This document shows positions 30,784 to 40,786 of a stretch of 64,000 bases of DNA, one piece after another. Position 1 is the first letter of the stretch. Each line of letters begins with the position of its first letter. Under the pieces are notes generated by a model. The model ran no database searches. It was given only the letters and a program-made list of their open reading frames with translations, and was not told where the DNA came from. This stretch comes from Bryobacteraceae bacterium (GTDB lineage Bacteria; Acidobacteriota; Terriglobia; Bryobacterales; Bryobacteraceae): positions 102,452-166,451 of the forward strand of contig JAXLQL010000020.1 in NCBI GenBank assembly GCA_046331625.1, in the 5' to 3' direction. Both the position numbers and the translations under genes were made by a program.

Positions 30784-30833
30784 TATCGAGCGTTGCGCTT
30801 TACTCCAGCCGGTCAGCGATATCCTAGAAAGAC

Positions 30834-31871
30834 ATGCGCGGGAACAGCGTCGTTTCAGCGGCGCCGGTCGAGGACGACAAACAATTCGAAGCTGCATTGC
30901 GGCCCAGCCGCCTCGCCGATTTCACCGGTCAGCCCAAGGTGAAGGAGATTCTCGCCATCGCGATCGAGGCCGCCAAGCGGCGCGGAGAAGCACTCGATCA
31001 CGTACTGCTGCACGGTCCGCCGGGACTCGGCAAAACCACGCTCGCGAGCATCGTGGCGCAGGAGCTCGAGGTCGCGTTCGATCAGACCTCCGGACCCATT
31101 CTGCAGAAGAAACTCGATCTCACCGGCATCCTTTCGAACATCCGCGATCGCCAGGTCTTCTTCATCGACGAAGTGCATCGCCTCATGCCCGATGTGGAAG
31201 AGATGCTGTACTCCGCACTCGAGGACTATCGCGTCGACATCGTGATCGGCGCGGGACCCGGCGCGCGCACGCACTCACTGCCGATCCCGCGCTTCACTTG
31301 CGTTGCGGCAACCACGCGGCAAGGCTTGGTGACGGCGCCGATGCGCGCGCGCTTCGGCATCGTGCTGCGGCTCAATCACTATGACGAAGAGGAGATGACG
31401 AAGATCGTTACCCGGTCAGCGCGTCTGCTCGAAGTCACTATCGAGCCTGAGGGCGCCCGCGAGGTAGCGCGCCGCAGTCGCGGAACACCACGGATCGCGA
31501 ATCGCCTGCTGCGCCGCGTCCGAGACTATGCGCAGGTGCGAGCCGCGGGCCATATCGACATGACGGTGGCGCAATCCGCGCTAGACCTACTCGAAGTCGA
31601 TCGCTTCGGCCTCGACGAAACCGATCGCAAGATCATGCTCACGATCCTCGAGAATTACGGCGGCGGTCCGGTGGGGCTCAACACGATCGCGGCGGCAATC
31701 GACGAGCAGGCGGACACGATCGAGGAGGTCTACGAGCCGTACCTCATCCAGCTCGGATTCCTGGACCGCACGCCGCGCGGGCGTGTGGCGACGGATCGCG
31801 GGTGGGATTACTTCAAGGTTCCGCGCGGCCGCCGGCGCGACTTCGGCCAGGGCACGCTGTTCGACGCATGA
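30834..31871 (+). CDS. ruvB: Holliday junction branch migration DNA helicase RuvB
   Basis: 345 aa. AAA+ Walker [12 protein letters not shown], Walker B FIDEVHRL, sensor blocks, and a C-terminal winged helix. Full-length RuvB architecture. Confidence 0.95.
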   Translation: MRGNSVVSAAPVEDDKQFEAALRPSRLADFTGQPKVKEILAIAIEAAKRRGEALDHVLLHGPPGLGKTTLASIVAQELEVAFDQTSGPILQKKLDLTGILSNIRDRQVFFIDEVHRLMPDVEEMLYSALEDYRVDIVIGAGPGARTHSLPIPRFTCVAATTRQGLVTAPMRARFGIVLRLNHYDEEEMTKIVTRSARLLEVTIEPEGAREVARRSRGTPRIANRLLRRVRDYAQVRAAGHIDMTVAQSALDLLEVDRFGLDETDRKIMLTILENYGGGPVGLNTIAAAIDEQADTIEEVYEPYLIQLGFLDRTPRGRVATDRGWDYFKVPRGRRRDFGQGTLFDA

Positions 31872-32356
31872 AGCGCGTCTACCTCTCGCTCGGTTCGAAC
31901 ATCGGTGAGCGCGGAGCCAATATCGAAGCGGCGCTCGAGAAGCTCGAATCGCCGCGACTGCACATCACGCGGATCTCGCGATGGTATGAAACCGAGCCGC
32001 AGGATATGCGCGATCAGCCGTGGTTTCTAAATATCGTGGCCGAGGCCGAGACGACGCTGTTTCCGCGAATGCTCTTGCGCCGGATGCTCGACGTGGAGCG
32101 CAAGTTGGGGCGGCGGCGGGATCTGAACAAACCGAAAGGTCCGCGCACGATCGACATCGACATTCTGCTGTATGGCAGCGCGGTGGTGAAGGCCCCGGAG
32201 CTCGACATCCCGCACCCGCGCATGGCAGATCGGCGGTTCGTGCTGGCGCCATTGGCGGACCTCGCGCCGGACCTTCGGCATCCGGTGTTGCGGAAGACGG
32301 TGGCGGAACTCTTGCAGGCGGTTCGCGGACAAGAGGTGAAAGTCGTCAGCACGTAG
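31868..32356 (+). CDS. folK: 2-amino-4-hydroxy-6-hydroxymethyldihydropteridine diphosphokinase (HPPK)
   Basis: The ATG at 31868 overlaps the ruvB stop (ATGA). [13 protein letters not shown]..., [32 protein letters not shown] are classic HPPK blocks. Confidence 0.9.
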   Translation: MKRVYLSLGSNIGERGANIEAALEKLESPRLHITRISRWYETEPQDMRDQPWFLNIVAEAETTLFPRMLLRRMLDVERKLGRRRDLNKPKGPRTIDIDILLYGSAVVKAPELDIPHPRMADRRFVLAPLADLAPDLRHPVLRKTVAELLQAVRGQEVKVVST

Positions 32357-32364
32357 CCCGGCTG

Positions 32365-33777
32365 TCAACGGCGCTTTCCGCCGCGACACAGCAGCAGTTC
32401 GCTGTCGAGCGCCTTTTCGAAGCGCCGCTCCGTGCGCTCTACTTGCCCCGCGGACGAATTGAAGTAGAACGCCACAATGACATGATCATTGGCGAACGCT
32501 TCACCGATCTTCCAGGACTGCTCGGGTGAGAATCCCCACGAGACCAACAGCGATGGAATCGCGAGTGGGCCGATTCCAGGCAGTTGCCATTCTTCCGCCG
32601 CTCCGTAGAGCCAGAGCCGCTCGTAGGGTGTGGCCAAACCCGGCGCCAGGGCCACCGTGCCCGGCCGTTTACCAGGATCGAATAGGCTCGCTTCGCATTG
32701 GCGCCCGAACCCGACCACACCGGCCAGCGGGTCGCGGCTCACGCAACCCACCCGCACGCCCGCGTTGCCGGCGGCAAGCTTCGCGATTTGCGCCGGATCC
32801 CACCGGTCTTTGGCAATCGCCGCGACGGCAACACGTACCGCGGGATCGGGCGGGTACATGGCGACGAGACCCGCGACCGATTCCGTCCAATTCAGGTAGG
32901 CGACTTCCTTGGCGTGCGCCAGATAGGCGAGGTTGGCTGCGTTGAACAAGAGCGTGGGCCGCCTCGATCCCGCACCGCCAGCCGCGAGAACTTGGTCCCA
33001 CAAATCTCGGGCAACGGCGGCCGAGGGGCAAGTCCTCAGCACCGCAGTTCCGAGTGAATATGGCCACTCGTTCCTACCCGCCGGGGCGAATGCAGGAACG
33101 GCGAACGAAAGCGCCTGAACACCCTTGGGCAGCCACAATCGGGCCGCTGCTGCCTGAACCTGCTCAGCGGTGGAGTAGGCGGGACGCAACGCAGCCAGGC
33201 GGCGCCAGAACCACTCGCCGCGCTGGCGCTTTCTCTCGGCCTCGACGAACGATGCAATCCGCCGATCGAGCGAGGAAGCTTGTGACGCAATGGCCCGAAG
33301 CCGCTCTTCGTCTCCGTCTTCCACCATCGCCAGCCTGACTTCCCGCTTGACTCTTCCGGCCAAGCCAACGGCATCCTTCTCCCATGCATCCAGTTCTCCC
33401 TCGATTCCGTTCTCGAGCGCCGGAAGAACCTTCGCCGCTAATTCCTGAAGCAATTGCTCGGCTCGAGGCTGGCGCGGCGATTGCTCCCGCAAGGGATCGA
33501 CACCAGGCGGGAGCAGCGCCAGCAGACGCCGCCGCAAGGCATCGGCTTTCTCCGGATCGGCAGTAACGGAATAGAGCTTCGGAGGGCGGTTCGCGGGCCG
33601 CTTGTCGTCTCGAGCCGCAGCCGCTGAACTCACGCAGCCCTCGTTTTCGAGGTCAGCCAGCGGCCGGTAAACTTGGCTCGGCGCCAAGCCTGAGTCCGCG
33701 CACAGGTCATTGACCGTGAAGCGTTCCAGGCGCAACACGCTCGTCAGAACTCGTACCTGGGTACTGTGTGACGCCAT
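32365..33777 (-). CDS. hypothetical protein, N-terminal winged-HTH-like region plus a large uncharacterised C-terminal domain (470 aa)
   Basis: The N-terminus VRVLTSVLRLERFTVNDLCADSGLAPSQVYRPLADLENEGCV looks like a MarR/PadR-type wHTH. I recognise no family in the rest. It is the last gene of a three-gene minus-strand operon. Confidence 0.55.
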   Translation of the reverse strand: MASHSTQVRVLTSVLRLERFTVNDLCADSGLAPSQVYRPLADLENEGCVSSAAAARDDKRPANRPPKLYSVTADPEKADALRRRLLALLPPGVDPLREQSPRQPRAEQLLQELAAKVLPALENGIEGELDAWEKDAVGLAGRVKREVRLAMVEDGDEERLRAIASQASSLDRRIASFVEAERKRQRGEWFWRRLAALRPAYSTAEQVQAAAARLWLPKGVQALSFAVPAFAPAGRNEWPYSLGTAVLRTCPSAAVARDLWDQVLAAGGAGSRRPTLLFNAANLAYLAHAKEVAYLNWTESVAGLVAMYPPDPAVRVAVAAIAKDRWDPAQIAKLAAGNAGVRVGCVSRDPLAGVVGFGRQCEASLFDPGKRPGTVALAPGLATPYERLWLYGAAEEWQLPGIGPLAIPSLLVSWGFSPEQSWKIGEAFANDHVIVAFYFNSSAGQVERTERRFEKALDSELLLCRGGKRR

Positions 33778-33830
33778 GGCTTGAACTACTTATCTTCAAT
33801 TTTGAAGATAACGCATTCGGAACGGCGGCG

Positions 33831-34853
33831 TCAATCCGGCAGCGCGCCACTCCGCACCTGCGCCCATGCGAGCAGGCGCGCGTGAACGTCATTGACATCC
33901 ACAGCCTTGCCGCAATCGCCGCATAGGAGCTCATGTGCCTCTGCGGTTCGCCGCTGCTTGGCCAATCCGAAAAGCGCCGACGCCACCAGTTGGTTCTCCT
34001 CGCCGTCCCACCGTTTTGCGTCCCCGAGCCAGTCGAGCAAGAACCGCGCCAAGCACCGGGGGAACTCGCACAGGCGGAGCCACCAATGCGCTTGCCGGCC
34101 TCGCGGCGAATCGGAGGCGGTTGTCGAAACAGCGGCCACGCTCGCCTGATAGGGCCATCGTTCCCGGCCGGCCTCGATGTAGGCCAGCGCCACTTTGAGA
34201 AGGAAGTGTTCCGATAGTACGGACTCCTCGTCGTCCCAAACCGGGAACTGATGCGAGACGTATTCGTGCAGGAACTCGAACTCGAGATTGAGCGCCGACA
34301 TCAGGCTGCCTCTCGCTTCCCCAGCTTGCACCAGAATCGAATCGCCTTCGAACGACACGTCGAGCGGTCCGGAGCCATCGCGGACTCCGAACCGAATCGG
34401 CACCGCCTTTCTCTTTCGCGCGCGCCGCGCCGCGACGTCGCCTCCCCAGTCGGACAAGCAAGTGCGATAGGTGTCGAAGGCTTGGCGGTTCCACCGGTCG
34501 ATAATCGCCGATGCGCTCTCCGCCGTGAGATCACTGGCCGCACCTGCAATCTCGCTGAGTACGGCGCGCACGCTGGAGCCCGCCCCGAAGCGCTCCGCCT
34601 CTGCACGCACTGAGTCCGCTGCGCTTCTCAGATAGGCTTCGGTGGAATGGATCTCGTTCTCAGCCAGCGGCGTGAAGCAACGCTCGTCCAGTTTCGCCAG
34701 CAGATCGAGGGCGTCGTAGCGGTGATCCTCCGATTGCAGGGCCTCGGCCAATTGACCTATTCGGCTGATGAATAGATCGGCGTACAGGACTGACGCCTCG
34801 AACAGTGGGAAGCGGTATCCACCGGCCCGCTGCCCATGCGATGCTTGGCTCAC
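33831..34853 (-). CDS. hypothetical protein (340 aa), middle gene of the three-gene operon
   Basis: Clean ORF with a protein-like composition. Its ATG overlaps the stop of the upstream small gene by 4 nt (34850-34853). No recognisable family. Confidence 0.55.
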   Translation of the reverse strand: MSQASHGQRAGGYRFPLFEASVLYADLFISRIGQLAEALQSEDHRYDALDLLAKLDERCFTPLAENEIHSTEAYLRSAADSVRAEAERFGAGSSVRAVLSEIAGAASDLTAESASAIIDRWNRQAFDTYRTCLSDWGGDVAARRARKRKAVPIRFGVRDGSGPLDVSFEGDSILVQAGEARGSLMSALNLEFEFLHEYVSHQFPVWDDEESVLSEHFLLKVALAYIEAGRERWPYQASVAAVSTTASDSPRGRQAHWWLRLCEFPRCLARFLLDWLGDAKRWDGEENQLVASALFGLAKQRRTAEAHELLCGDCGKAVDVNDVHARLLAWAQVRSGALPD

Positions 34854-35275
34854 GCACGCCGCTTCGCTTGCTTCTTCTTGGCTGATGCCTTCTTCGCGGC
34901 GGCCTTCTTCTTGGCTGGCGGTTTGGCTCCCACGCCGAGGAACTGCTTGGCCTTGGCCTGCATGTCCGGAAAGCGATTGGTCACGTAGGTAAGCGACTCG
35001 CGTACGAAGAACGCGACCGCGCCCGTCTTGATTCCGGAAATCACTTCCGGCTTGTGGATGAACTCGACAATGATGGCGAGCACATCGGGCGTGGCCGGAA
35101 AGCCTTCCTTGCGGCGCACTGCAACTCGGGTGTTCGGGTACTTGGTCGAAACGGTGTTCGCCAGTTCGGCCGAACTCTTCCTCAGAGCGGCGACTGCTTT
35201 CGAAACGGGTATGTTCGGGTCAAGCGAACGCAGCTCGATTTCGACGCGGATCGGCGAGGCAACCGTCGAAGGCAT
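34850..35275 (-). CDS. small hypothetical protein (141 aa) with a histone-H1-like Lys/Ala-rich C-terminal tail
   Basis: The C-terminus is GAKPPAKKKAAAKKASAKKKQAKRRA. The gene starts only 13 nt downstream of the TonB-dependent receptor stop (35288) and is the first gene of the three-gene set. Confidence 0.5.
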   Translation of the reverse strand: MPSTVASPIRVEIELRSLDPNIPVSKAVAALRKSSAELANTVSTKYPNTRVAVRRKEGFPATPDVLAIIVEFIHKPEVISGIKTGAVAFFVRESLTYVTNRFPDMQAKAKQFLGVGAKPPAKKKAAAKKASAKKKQAKRRA

Positions 35276-35287
35276 CCCCCGACTGTA

Positions 35288-38200
35288 TCAAAACTCCACT
35301 ACCGCACCCAACTGCAAGAACCGCTGCCCCTGAGCGGGCGTCACATACTGCGCGAACGCGGGACTCGTCACGTTCCGCGTCACGTCTTGAAACGAGTGAT
35401 GATTGAATACGTTGTAGATCTCACAGCGTAGCTTTACTCGCATGCGCTCGGTGATCGCGACATTCTTGTACACGTTCCAATCGAAATTCGTCGACCCCGA
35501 GATCCGATGCGTGTTACGCCCGAGCGAACCGAACCGGCCGAGCAGCGGCTGCGACAATCCGAGTGACGCCGCATATGCCGATATGCGCCGGCCCGCCACC
35601 GGATCGTTCGTCACGCCTTGCGGCGCGTTCGCGCTCCCGGCGGGTTGCGGATCGAATCCGAAAGGTCCCGCCACATTCGGCCGAATGAATCCGCCCACCA
35701 TGATCGCGGAAGGATTGGCAACGCCCAGCCGCGGTCCGGACTCGAACGAAACCGGGAATCCCGAGCGGAACTGCGAGATCCCGGATGTTCCCCAGCCCGC
35801 GACCAATCGCCGTAGCCAGCCGCTCGCGATGTGCTTGCCCCACGGCAGTTCCCACACGTGCGTGATCACGGTGCGATGCGGAATGTCGAAGCCCGAAACA
35901 GAACGGTTCGCCCGCGTGTTGTTCGGATCCTGGAGTAGAGTGCTGTCATTCGGAATGGCAGTGAGGCCGTCGGACACGTCGTCGATCGACTTCGAGAACG
36001 TGTACGCCACCTGAATCGAATAGCCGCCGCGGAAGGGTCGTGTGGCCAGCATCTCGAACGCGTGGAAGTTCGAGTTGGCGGAACTGTCGAAGTAGTTCAC
36101 CGTGTTGAAGCGTGGATCGGTGCGTGTGGCAAAGCGCTGCGTGGCTCCGGTCATGTTGTTGTACGAGGTGAGGAACTGCGCCGCACGCGCCGCTTCGTCG
36201 GCGAGGTCCACCGCTGGAGCAGGGAGCGCCGCGTTGAGATTCACCTGCCGCGCTCGCTGCAAGTAGTTCGCCTTGGTGCCCACGTAACCGAGCTTGAGCA
36301 CGATGTTCTCGGGCAGTTGGCGCTGCACGGAGAAGCTCCACTGGAACACTTGCGGATTCTCGAGGTTCGGATCGATCACCGGATTCATGTCGCCGTAATT
36401 GAGCACATCATTCCGCACACGCCCGAGGAGCGACGACGCTTCGCGTTGAATCGCGGCGGTTCCCGCAATCAGGCTCGCCCAACTGTTCGCGCCCGCGAAC
36501 GATCCCGTCCCCGTCAGATTCTGCGTGACAATGAACGGCGCGAGGAAACGCTGGTTGGTGAGCGGGTTCATGAAATTGAAGTCCGCGACCAACCCGGCTC
36601 CGGCGCGAACCACCGTCTTGCCCGCGCCCGGATTCCACGCGATCCCCACTCGCGGTTGCGGATACAGATTGGTGCGCACCATCGGCTTGCCGAGCGAGAA
36701 GCATCCGAACGCGCCGGTACCGGCGGCGCCCAAACTGTCCCGGCACGAGAAGTCGAGGTTCGAGCTGATTGCGTTCACTTCGGTGATTGGTCCGAAGTAC
36801 TCGAGCCGGAACCCGAGGTTGAGCGTGAGATTCGGCCGCAGGCGATAGTCGTCCTGCACGAACATGCCGCCGATCCACTGGCGATGTCCGCGCGCCGAGC
36901 TCCCGAACCGCTGGGTGTAGGCGTTGGGCCGGCCGGCGGCGAAGTCATCCCAGTTGAGAAACGTATACTGCCCGCGCGTTTGCGCGTCGAAGAAGCTATT
37001 GCCCTGGTAGCGATAGAAATCGGCGCCGGCTTTGACGTTGTGGGCACGCCGCATCCAGTTGATGGTGTCGCCGTACTGGAACGTGTTCTGCACGCGGCCC
37101 TGCGGACCCGAAGTGGAGTGTCCGAACTCGGCGATTTGGTTGTTCGAGAAAATGATGCGCGGGCCGAGCGGCGTGACCGTGGTGTCGATCGAGAAGATCG
37201 GCGAAGTGCGGCCGAAGCCGCCACGAAATTCGTTCACCACGGTGGGCGAGAAGATGTGCGTCTCATTGACGTTGAGGCTATAGGGCGTGTTGGTGGAAGC
37301 CAGACCGAAGTTGGCGAGATTGGTGCCTTGGAAGGTGTTCGTGGAACTGGTGCCTTCGTTGTGCGATTGACCGTAGCGGCCGTAGATCGAGTCGCGCCCG
37401 GAGATCTGGTGGTCAATGCGCGCCGAGTATTGCCAGAACTCGGTCCTGGCCGGCGCGTTCTGCTGCACCGTTCCAAACGTGCCGCTGTCGGTGGTGGCGG
37501 CAGGCAGCTTGTAGAACTCGAGCAGTCGCTTCGACGTGGGATCGGTCACTTGCGCGATCATCGATTGCGTGGGCACCTGGGCCACGCGCGCCGCGCCGGA
37601 CCCACGAATCGGGAACAATTCGCTCGAAACAAAGAAATGGGTTTTGTTCTTGATCACCGGACCGCCCAACACGCCCCCGAACTCGTTGGCTCGCGTCACG
37701 GTCGGCGCGCCGGAGCGATCGAACCAGTCGCGCGCGTTGAAGTAGTCATTGCGGAAGTATTCGTACGCTTCGCCGTGGATCTCGTTGGTGCCGCTTTTGG
37801 TGATGTACTGCACCTGCGAGCCCGAATTGCGTCCGAACTCGGCGCTGAAGTTGTTGGTGATCACCTTCACCTCTTTGATCGACGAATAGTTCAGCGGACC
37901 ATTGTTGCTCGAGCCGGTACCCGCCACGGAGATGTCAGTGGCCGTGATGTTGTCGATGGTGATGTTGTTCGCGCGCGCTCGATTGCCGTGCGAAATGAAG
38001 CTGCCGGAGTTGAATCCGCTGGGCGCGGGAACGACACCCGGAAGGGTGGCCGCGATCAGATTCGGATTCCGGGTCACTGGGATTTCCTGCACCTTTTTCG
38101 TTTCGAACGATTCCTGAATTTGCGCGCTCTGCGTGTCGAGCGGGTTGGCGGCATCGGTCACCGTCACCTGCTCGGTGACCTGGCCCACTTCGAGTTTCAG

Positions 38201-38506
38201 ATTCACCGACGTGATTTCCGCGCTACGCACGCCGGCGGAGGCTACGGCCTTGCGGAATCCTGCGGCTTCCACGGCCACGCTATAGTCGCCGATTTTCAAC
38301 AGCGGAAACGCATAGCGCCCCTCGGCATCGCTCGACATGGACCGGCGTTCGCCGGTCTCGAGACTCGTCAGTGTAACTTTGGCGCCTGGAACCGCCGAGC
38401 CCGAGGGATCGGAAACCAACCCTCGCACTTCGCCCGTAATTTGCGCCAGTAATGGCGAACAAAAGGCGAAACAAAGCGCACACCCAATTACGACAGCCTT
38501 ACCCAT
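35288..38506 (-). CDS. TonB-dependent receptor, Oar-like (second copy)
   Basis: Start at the ATG at 38506 (MGKAVVIGCALCFAFCSPLLAQ, a signal peptide). It has a CarboxypepD_reg-like N-domain (ITGEVRGLVSDPSGSAVPGAKVTLT) and a large barrel, and ends ...LGAVVEF with a terminal Phe. The 123-codon upstream in-frame extension is rejected. Confidence 0.9.
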   Translation of the reverse strand: MGKAVVIGCALCFAFCSPLLAQITGEVRGLVSDPSGSAVPGAKVTLTSLETGERRSMSSDAEGRYAFPLLKIGDYSVAVEAAGFRKAVASAGVRSAEITSVNLKLEVGQVTEQVTVTDAANPLDTQSAQIQESFETKKVQEIPVTRNPNLIAATLPGVVPAPSGFNSGSFISHGNRARANNITIDNITATDISVAGTGSSNNGPLNYSSIKEVKVITNNFSAEFGRNSGSQVQYITKSGTNEIHGEAYEYFRNDYFNARDWFDRSGAPTVTRANEFGGVLGGPVIKNKTHFFVSSELFPIRGSGAARVAQVPTQSMIAQVTDPTSKRLLEFYKLPAATTDSGTFGTVQQNAPARTEFWQYSARIDHQISGRDSIYGRYGQSHNEGTSSTNTFQGTNLANFGLASTNTPYSLNVNETHIFSPTVVNEFRGGFGRTSPIFSIDTTVTPLGPRIIFSNNQIAEFGHSTSGPQGRVQNTFQYGDTINWMRRAHNVKAGADFYRYQGNSFFDAQTRGQYTFLNWDDFAAGRPNAYTQRFGSSARGHRQWIGGMFVQDDYRLRPNLTLNLGFRLEYFGPITEVNAISSNLDFSCRDSLGAAGTGAFGCFSLGKPMVRTNLYPQPRVGIAWNPGAGKTVVRAGAGLVADFNFMNPLTNQRFLAPFIVTQNLTGTGSFAGANSWASLIAGTAAIQREASSLLGRVRNDVLNYGDMNPVIDPNLENPQVFQWSFSVQRQLPENIVLKLGYVGTKANYLQRARQVNLNAALPAPAVDLADEAARAAQFLTSYNNMTGATQRFATRTDPRFNTVNYFDSSANSNFHAFEMLATRPFRGGYSIQVAYTFSKSIDDVSDGLTAIPNDSTLLQDPNNTRANRSVSGFDIPHRTVITHVWELPWGKHIASGWLRRLVAGWGTSGISQFRSGFPVSFESGPRLGVANPSAIMVGGFIRPNVAGPFGFDPQPAGSANAPQGVTNDPVAGRRISAYAASLGLSQPLLGRFGSLGRNTHRISGSTNFDWNVYKNVAITERMRVKLRCEIYNVFNHHSFQDVTRNVTSPAFAQYVTPAQGQRFLQLGAVVEF

Positions 38507-38878
38507 GAAAGAATCTCCCAGGTACCATCGTGCAGTTGATCCGTCAAACGTGACATCGGTTTGCGGGGAACCGTGCGTCAGGCGTGGCGAAAACGTTGCA
38601 AACGGGGGCGAATGTGCTCCCAGCAAAATATTTGGATTGTTTTCATCAAGATCCCGCCGAGGGGTCTTGCAAGTTCCGGCGCTCCGCTGCATAATCGTCC
38701 CGTGCGCAAACTCACCTGTTCCGTTCGGCGCGAGCCGCTGACGGCGCTGGTATAGAAACCCGCCCGGCCTGGCGCACACCCTTCCCTCCACGAACAACCG
38801 AGCTTCTCTTCGCCGGGACCGTGCGTGCGCGCGTTCAAACGGCCGATAGTCCGTGAGAAGCGCTCGAGGAGGCATCCC

Positions 38879-40687
38879 ATGTTTACCGTTCCCACGATGG
38901 TTGCGATCGTCGTGTGTTTGCTCGCGTTGCTGTTATTCGCCGCGAGTTTTGTTTCGATCAAAGAGAATCAGGTCGGCGTAGTGGTGAAGAAGTTCTCGCC
39001 CGGCAAGAAACTGCCCGAGGGCCGCGTCGTCGCGCTCGAAGGCGAAGCCGGATATCAGGCGCGTACGCTCGGCCCCGGCATTTACTTCGGTTACTGGCCG
39101 TGGCAGTACAAAGTGGAGAAGCATCCGCTCACGGTGATCTCGCCCGGCTTCATCGGGCTGGTGATCGCCAATGACGGCTCGCCCATGCCGGTGGACCGCG
39201 TGCTCTGCACCGCCGTCGACTGCGACAACTTCCAGAATGCCGAGACTTTCCTGCGCGGCGGCGGACAGAAGGGCCGCCAGTCAGCGATCCTGACCACGGG
39301 CTACTATCGCATCAATCCGGTGCTGTTCAAGGTGGTCTATGACACGCCGATCCGGCGGATCGAGTCGAACAAGGTCGGCATCCTGACGGTTCTCGACGGC
39401 GCTCCCATGCCCGCCGGACAGATGGCGGCCAAGCCCGTCGCGGGCCACGACAATTTCCAGAGCCCCGATGCGTTCATCCGCGCGGGCGGCTGCCGCGGCT
39501 TGCAGGAGCAGATCATCCTGGCCGGCAGCTACAACGTGAACCCGTGGTTCGCCGAGATCGAAGAGCATGACCTGCTCGACGTTCCGATCGGCTACGTGGG
39601 CGTGGTGGTGAGCTTTGTCGGCGACGATTCGCGCGACATCTCGGGCGATCAGTTCACGCATGGCAACATCGTGCGGCGCGGCGGCAAGGGCGTGTGGGAC
39701 GAGCCGCTGTATCCGGGCAAACATCCGCTCAATCCGCGCGTGATGAAGGTGGAACTGGTGCCCACCACGAACATCGTGCTCAACTGGGCGAGTGCGCGAA
39801 CCGAAGCGCACAAGCTCGACGAGAAGCTTTCCACGATCACGGTGCGTTCGATCGACGGCTTCACGTTCAATCTCGACGTCTCGCAGATCATCAACATCGG
39901 CGCCACCAAGGCTCCGTGGGTGATCTCGCGCGTGGGCAGCGTGCGGAACCTGGTGAATCAGGTGCTGGAACCGATCATCGGCAACTACTTCCGCAACAGC
40001 GCGCAGAACTACACGGTGCTCGATTTTCTCGCCAATCGCGTGGAGCGGCAGGCCGACGCTCGGTCGCACATCACGGCGGCCGTGCAAGAGTACGACGTGC
40101 AGAGCGTGGATACGCTGATTGGCGACATCACGCCTCCGCAGGAACTGATGGCCACGCTCACCGCGCGTAAGCTCGCCGAGGAGCAACGCAAGACCTTCGC
40201 TACCGAGGAACAGACGCAGCGCACGCGGCAGGAGCTCGAGCGGCAGAAGGCGCTCGCCGAGAAGCAGAAGGAGTTGGTGAACGCGGAGCAAGATGTCCGC
40301 GTGGCCGAGATGCGCGCCAAGGCCGCCGTCGAGTCCGCCAATGGCGACGCGCAGGTGCAAGCGCGGCGTTCGGAAGGCGAGGCGCTCGCCAAGAAGCGCG
40401 TCGGCCAGGCCGAAGCCGAAGTGGTGGCCGTGAAGGGTCTCAACGAGGCCGAGGCGATCCGCGCGATCGGCCAAGCCAAGGCCGATGCGTACAAGCTGGG
40501 CCAGGAGGCGATGGGCGGCAACTACGCCATGCTGCAGATCTTCTCGGTGCTGGCCGAAAAGGGCATTCGCTTGACGCCCGATGTGCTGGTGTCCGGTGGG
40601 GCTCAGGGTGGTTCGGCGTCGGAGGCGATGCTCGCGATGCTGCTGCGCCAGACGGTGGAAAGCGCGCGGCCGCCAGCGAAGCAGTAA
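38879..40687 (+). CDS. flotillin-like SPFH (band 7) domain protein with a long coiled-coil C-terminus (YqiK/FloT-like)
   Basis: The ATG at 38879 is preceded by GAGGAGG with a 6-nt spacer. There is an N-terminal TM helix and an SPFH region. An EA-rich coiled coil follows (ELERQKALAEKQKELVNAEQDVRVAEMRAKAAVE...), the flotillin signature. Confidence 0.8.
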   Translation: MFTVPTMVAIVVCLLALLLFAASFVSIKENQVGVVVKKFSPGKKLPEGRVVALEGEAGYQARTLGPGIYFGYWPWQYKVEKHPLTVISPGFIGLVIANDGSPMPVDRVLCTAVDCDNFQNAETFLRGGGQKGRQSAILTTGYYRINPVLFKVVYDTPIRRIESNKVGILTVLDGAPMPAGQMAAKPVAGHDNFQSPDAFIRAGGCRGLQEQIILAGSYNVNPWFAEIEEHDLLDVPIGYVGVVVSFVGDDSRDISGDQFTHGNIVRRGGKGVWDEPLYPGKHPLNPRVMKVELVPTTNIVLNWASARTEAHKLDEKLSTITVRSIDGFTFNLDVSQIINIGATKAPWVISRVGSVRNLVNQVLEPIIGNYFRNSAQNYTVLDFLANRVERQADARSHITAAVQEYDVQSVDTLIGDITPPQELMATLTARKLAEEQRKTFATEEQTQRTRQELERQKALAEKQKELVNAEQDVRVAEMRAKAAVESANGDAQVQARRSEGEALAKKRVGQAEAEVVAVKGLNEAEAIRAIGQAKADAYKLGQEAMGGNYAMLQIFSVLAEKGIRLTPDVLVSGGAQGGSASEAMLAMLLRQTVESARPPAKQ

Positions 40688-40752
40688 GCGCGATCACAGA
40701 TGCGGCCGGGGTTCGGCGCCCCGGCCCTTCGAAAGTTTCTCATCCGGGCTTG

Positions 40753-40776
40753 ACTGTATTAGAAAACTAGTACACT
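40753..40776 (+). promoter_or_regulatory. imperfect inverted repeat (ACTGTATTAG-aaaa-CTAGTACACT, 8 of 10 positions complementary) overlapping a TTGACT -35-like hexamer; candidate GntR operator/promoter
   Basis: Seen directly in the sequence, 10 bp upstream of the GntR start codon. GntR/YtrA-type regulators commonly autoregulate through such palindromes. Confidence 0.3.
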
Positions 40777-40786
40777 ATAGATCCAG

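Noticed and set aside
38507-38875. 123-codon upstream extension of the second TonB-dependent receptor
   Set aside because: The extension is non-protein-like. The ATG at 38506 begins a clear signal peptide.
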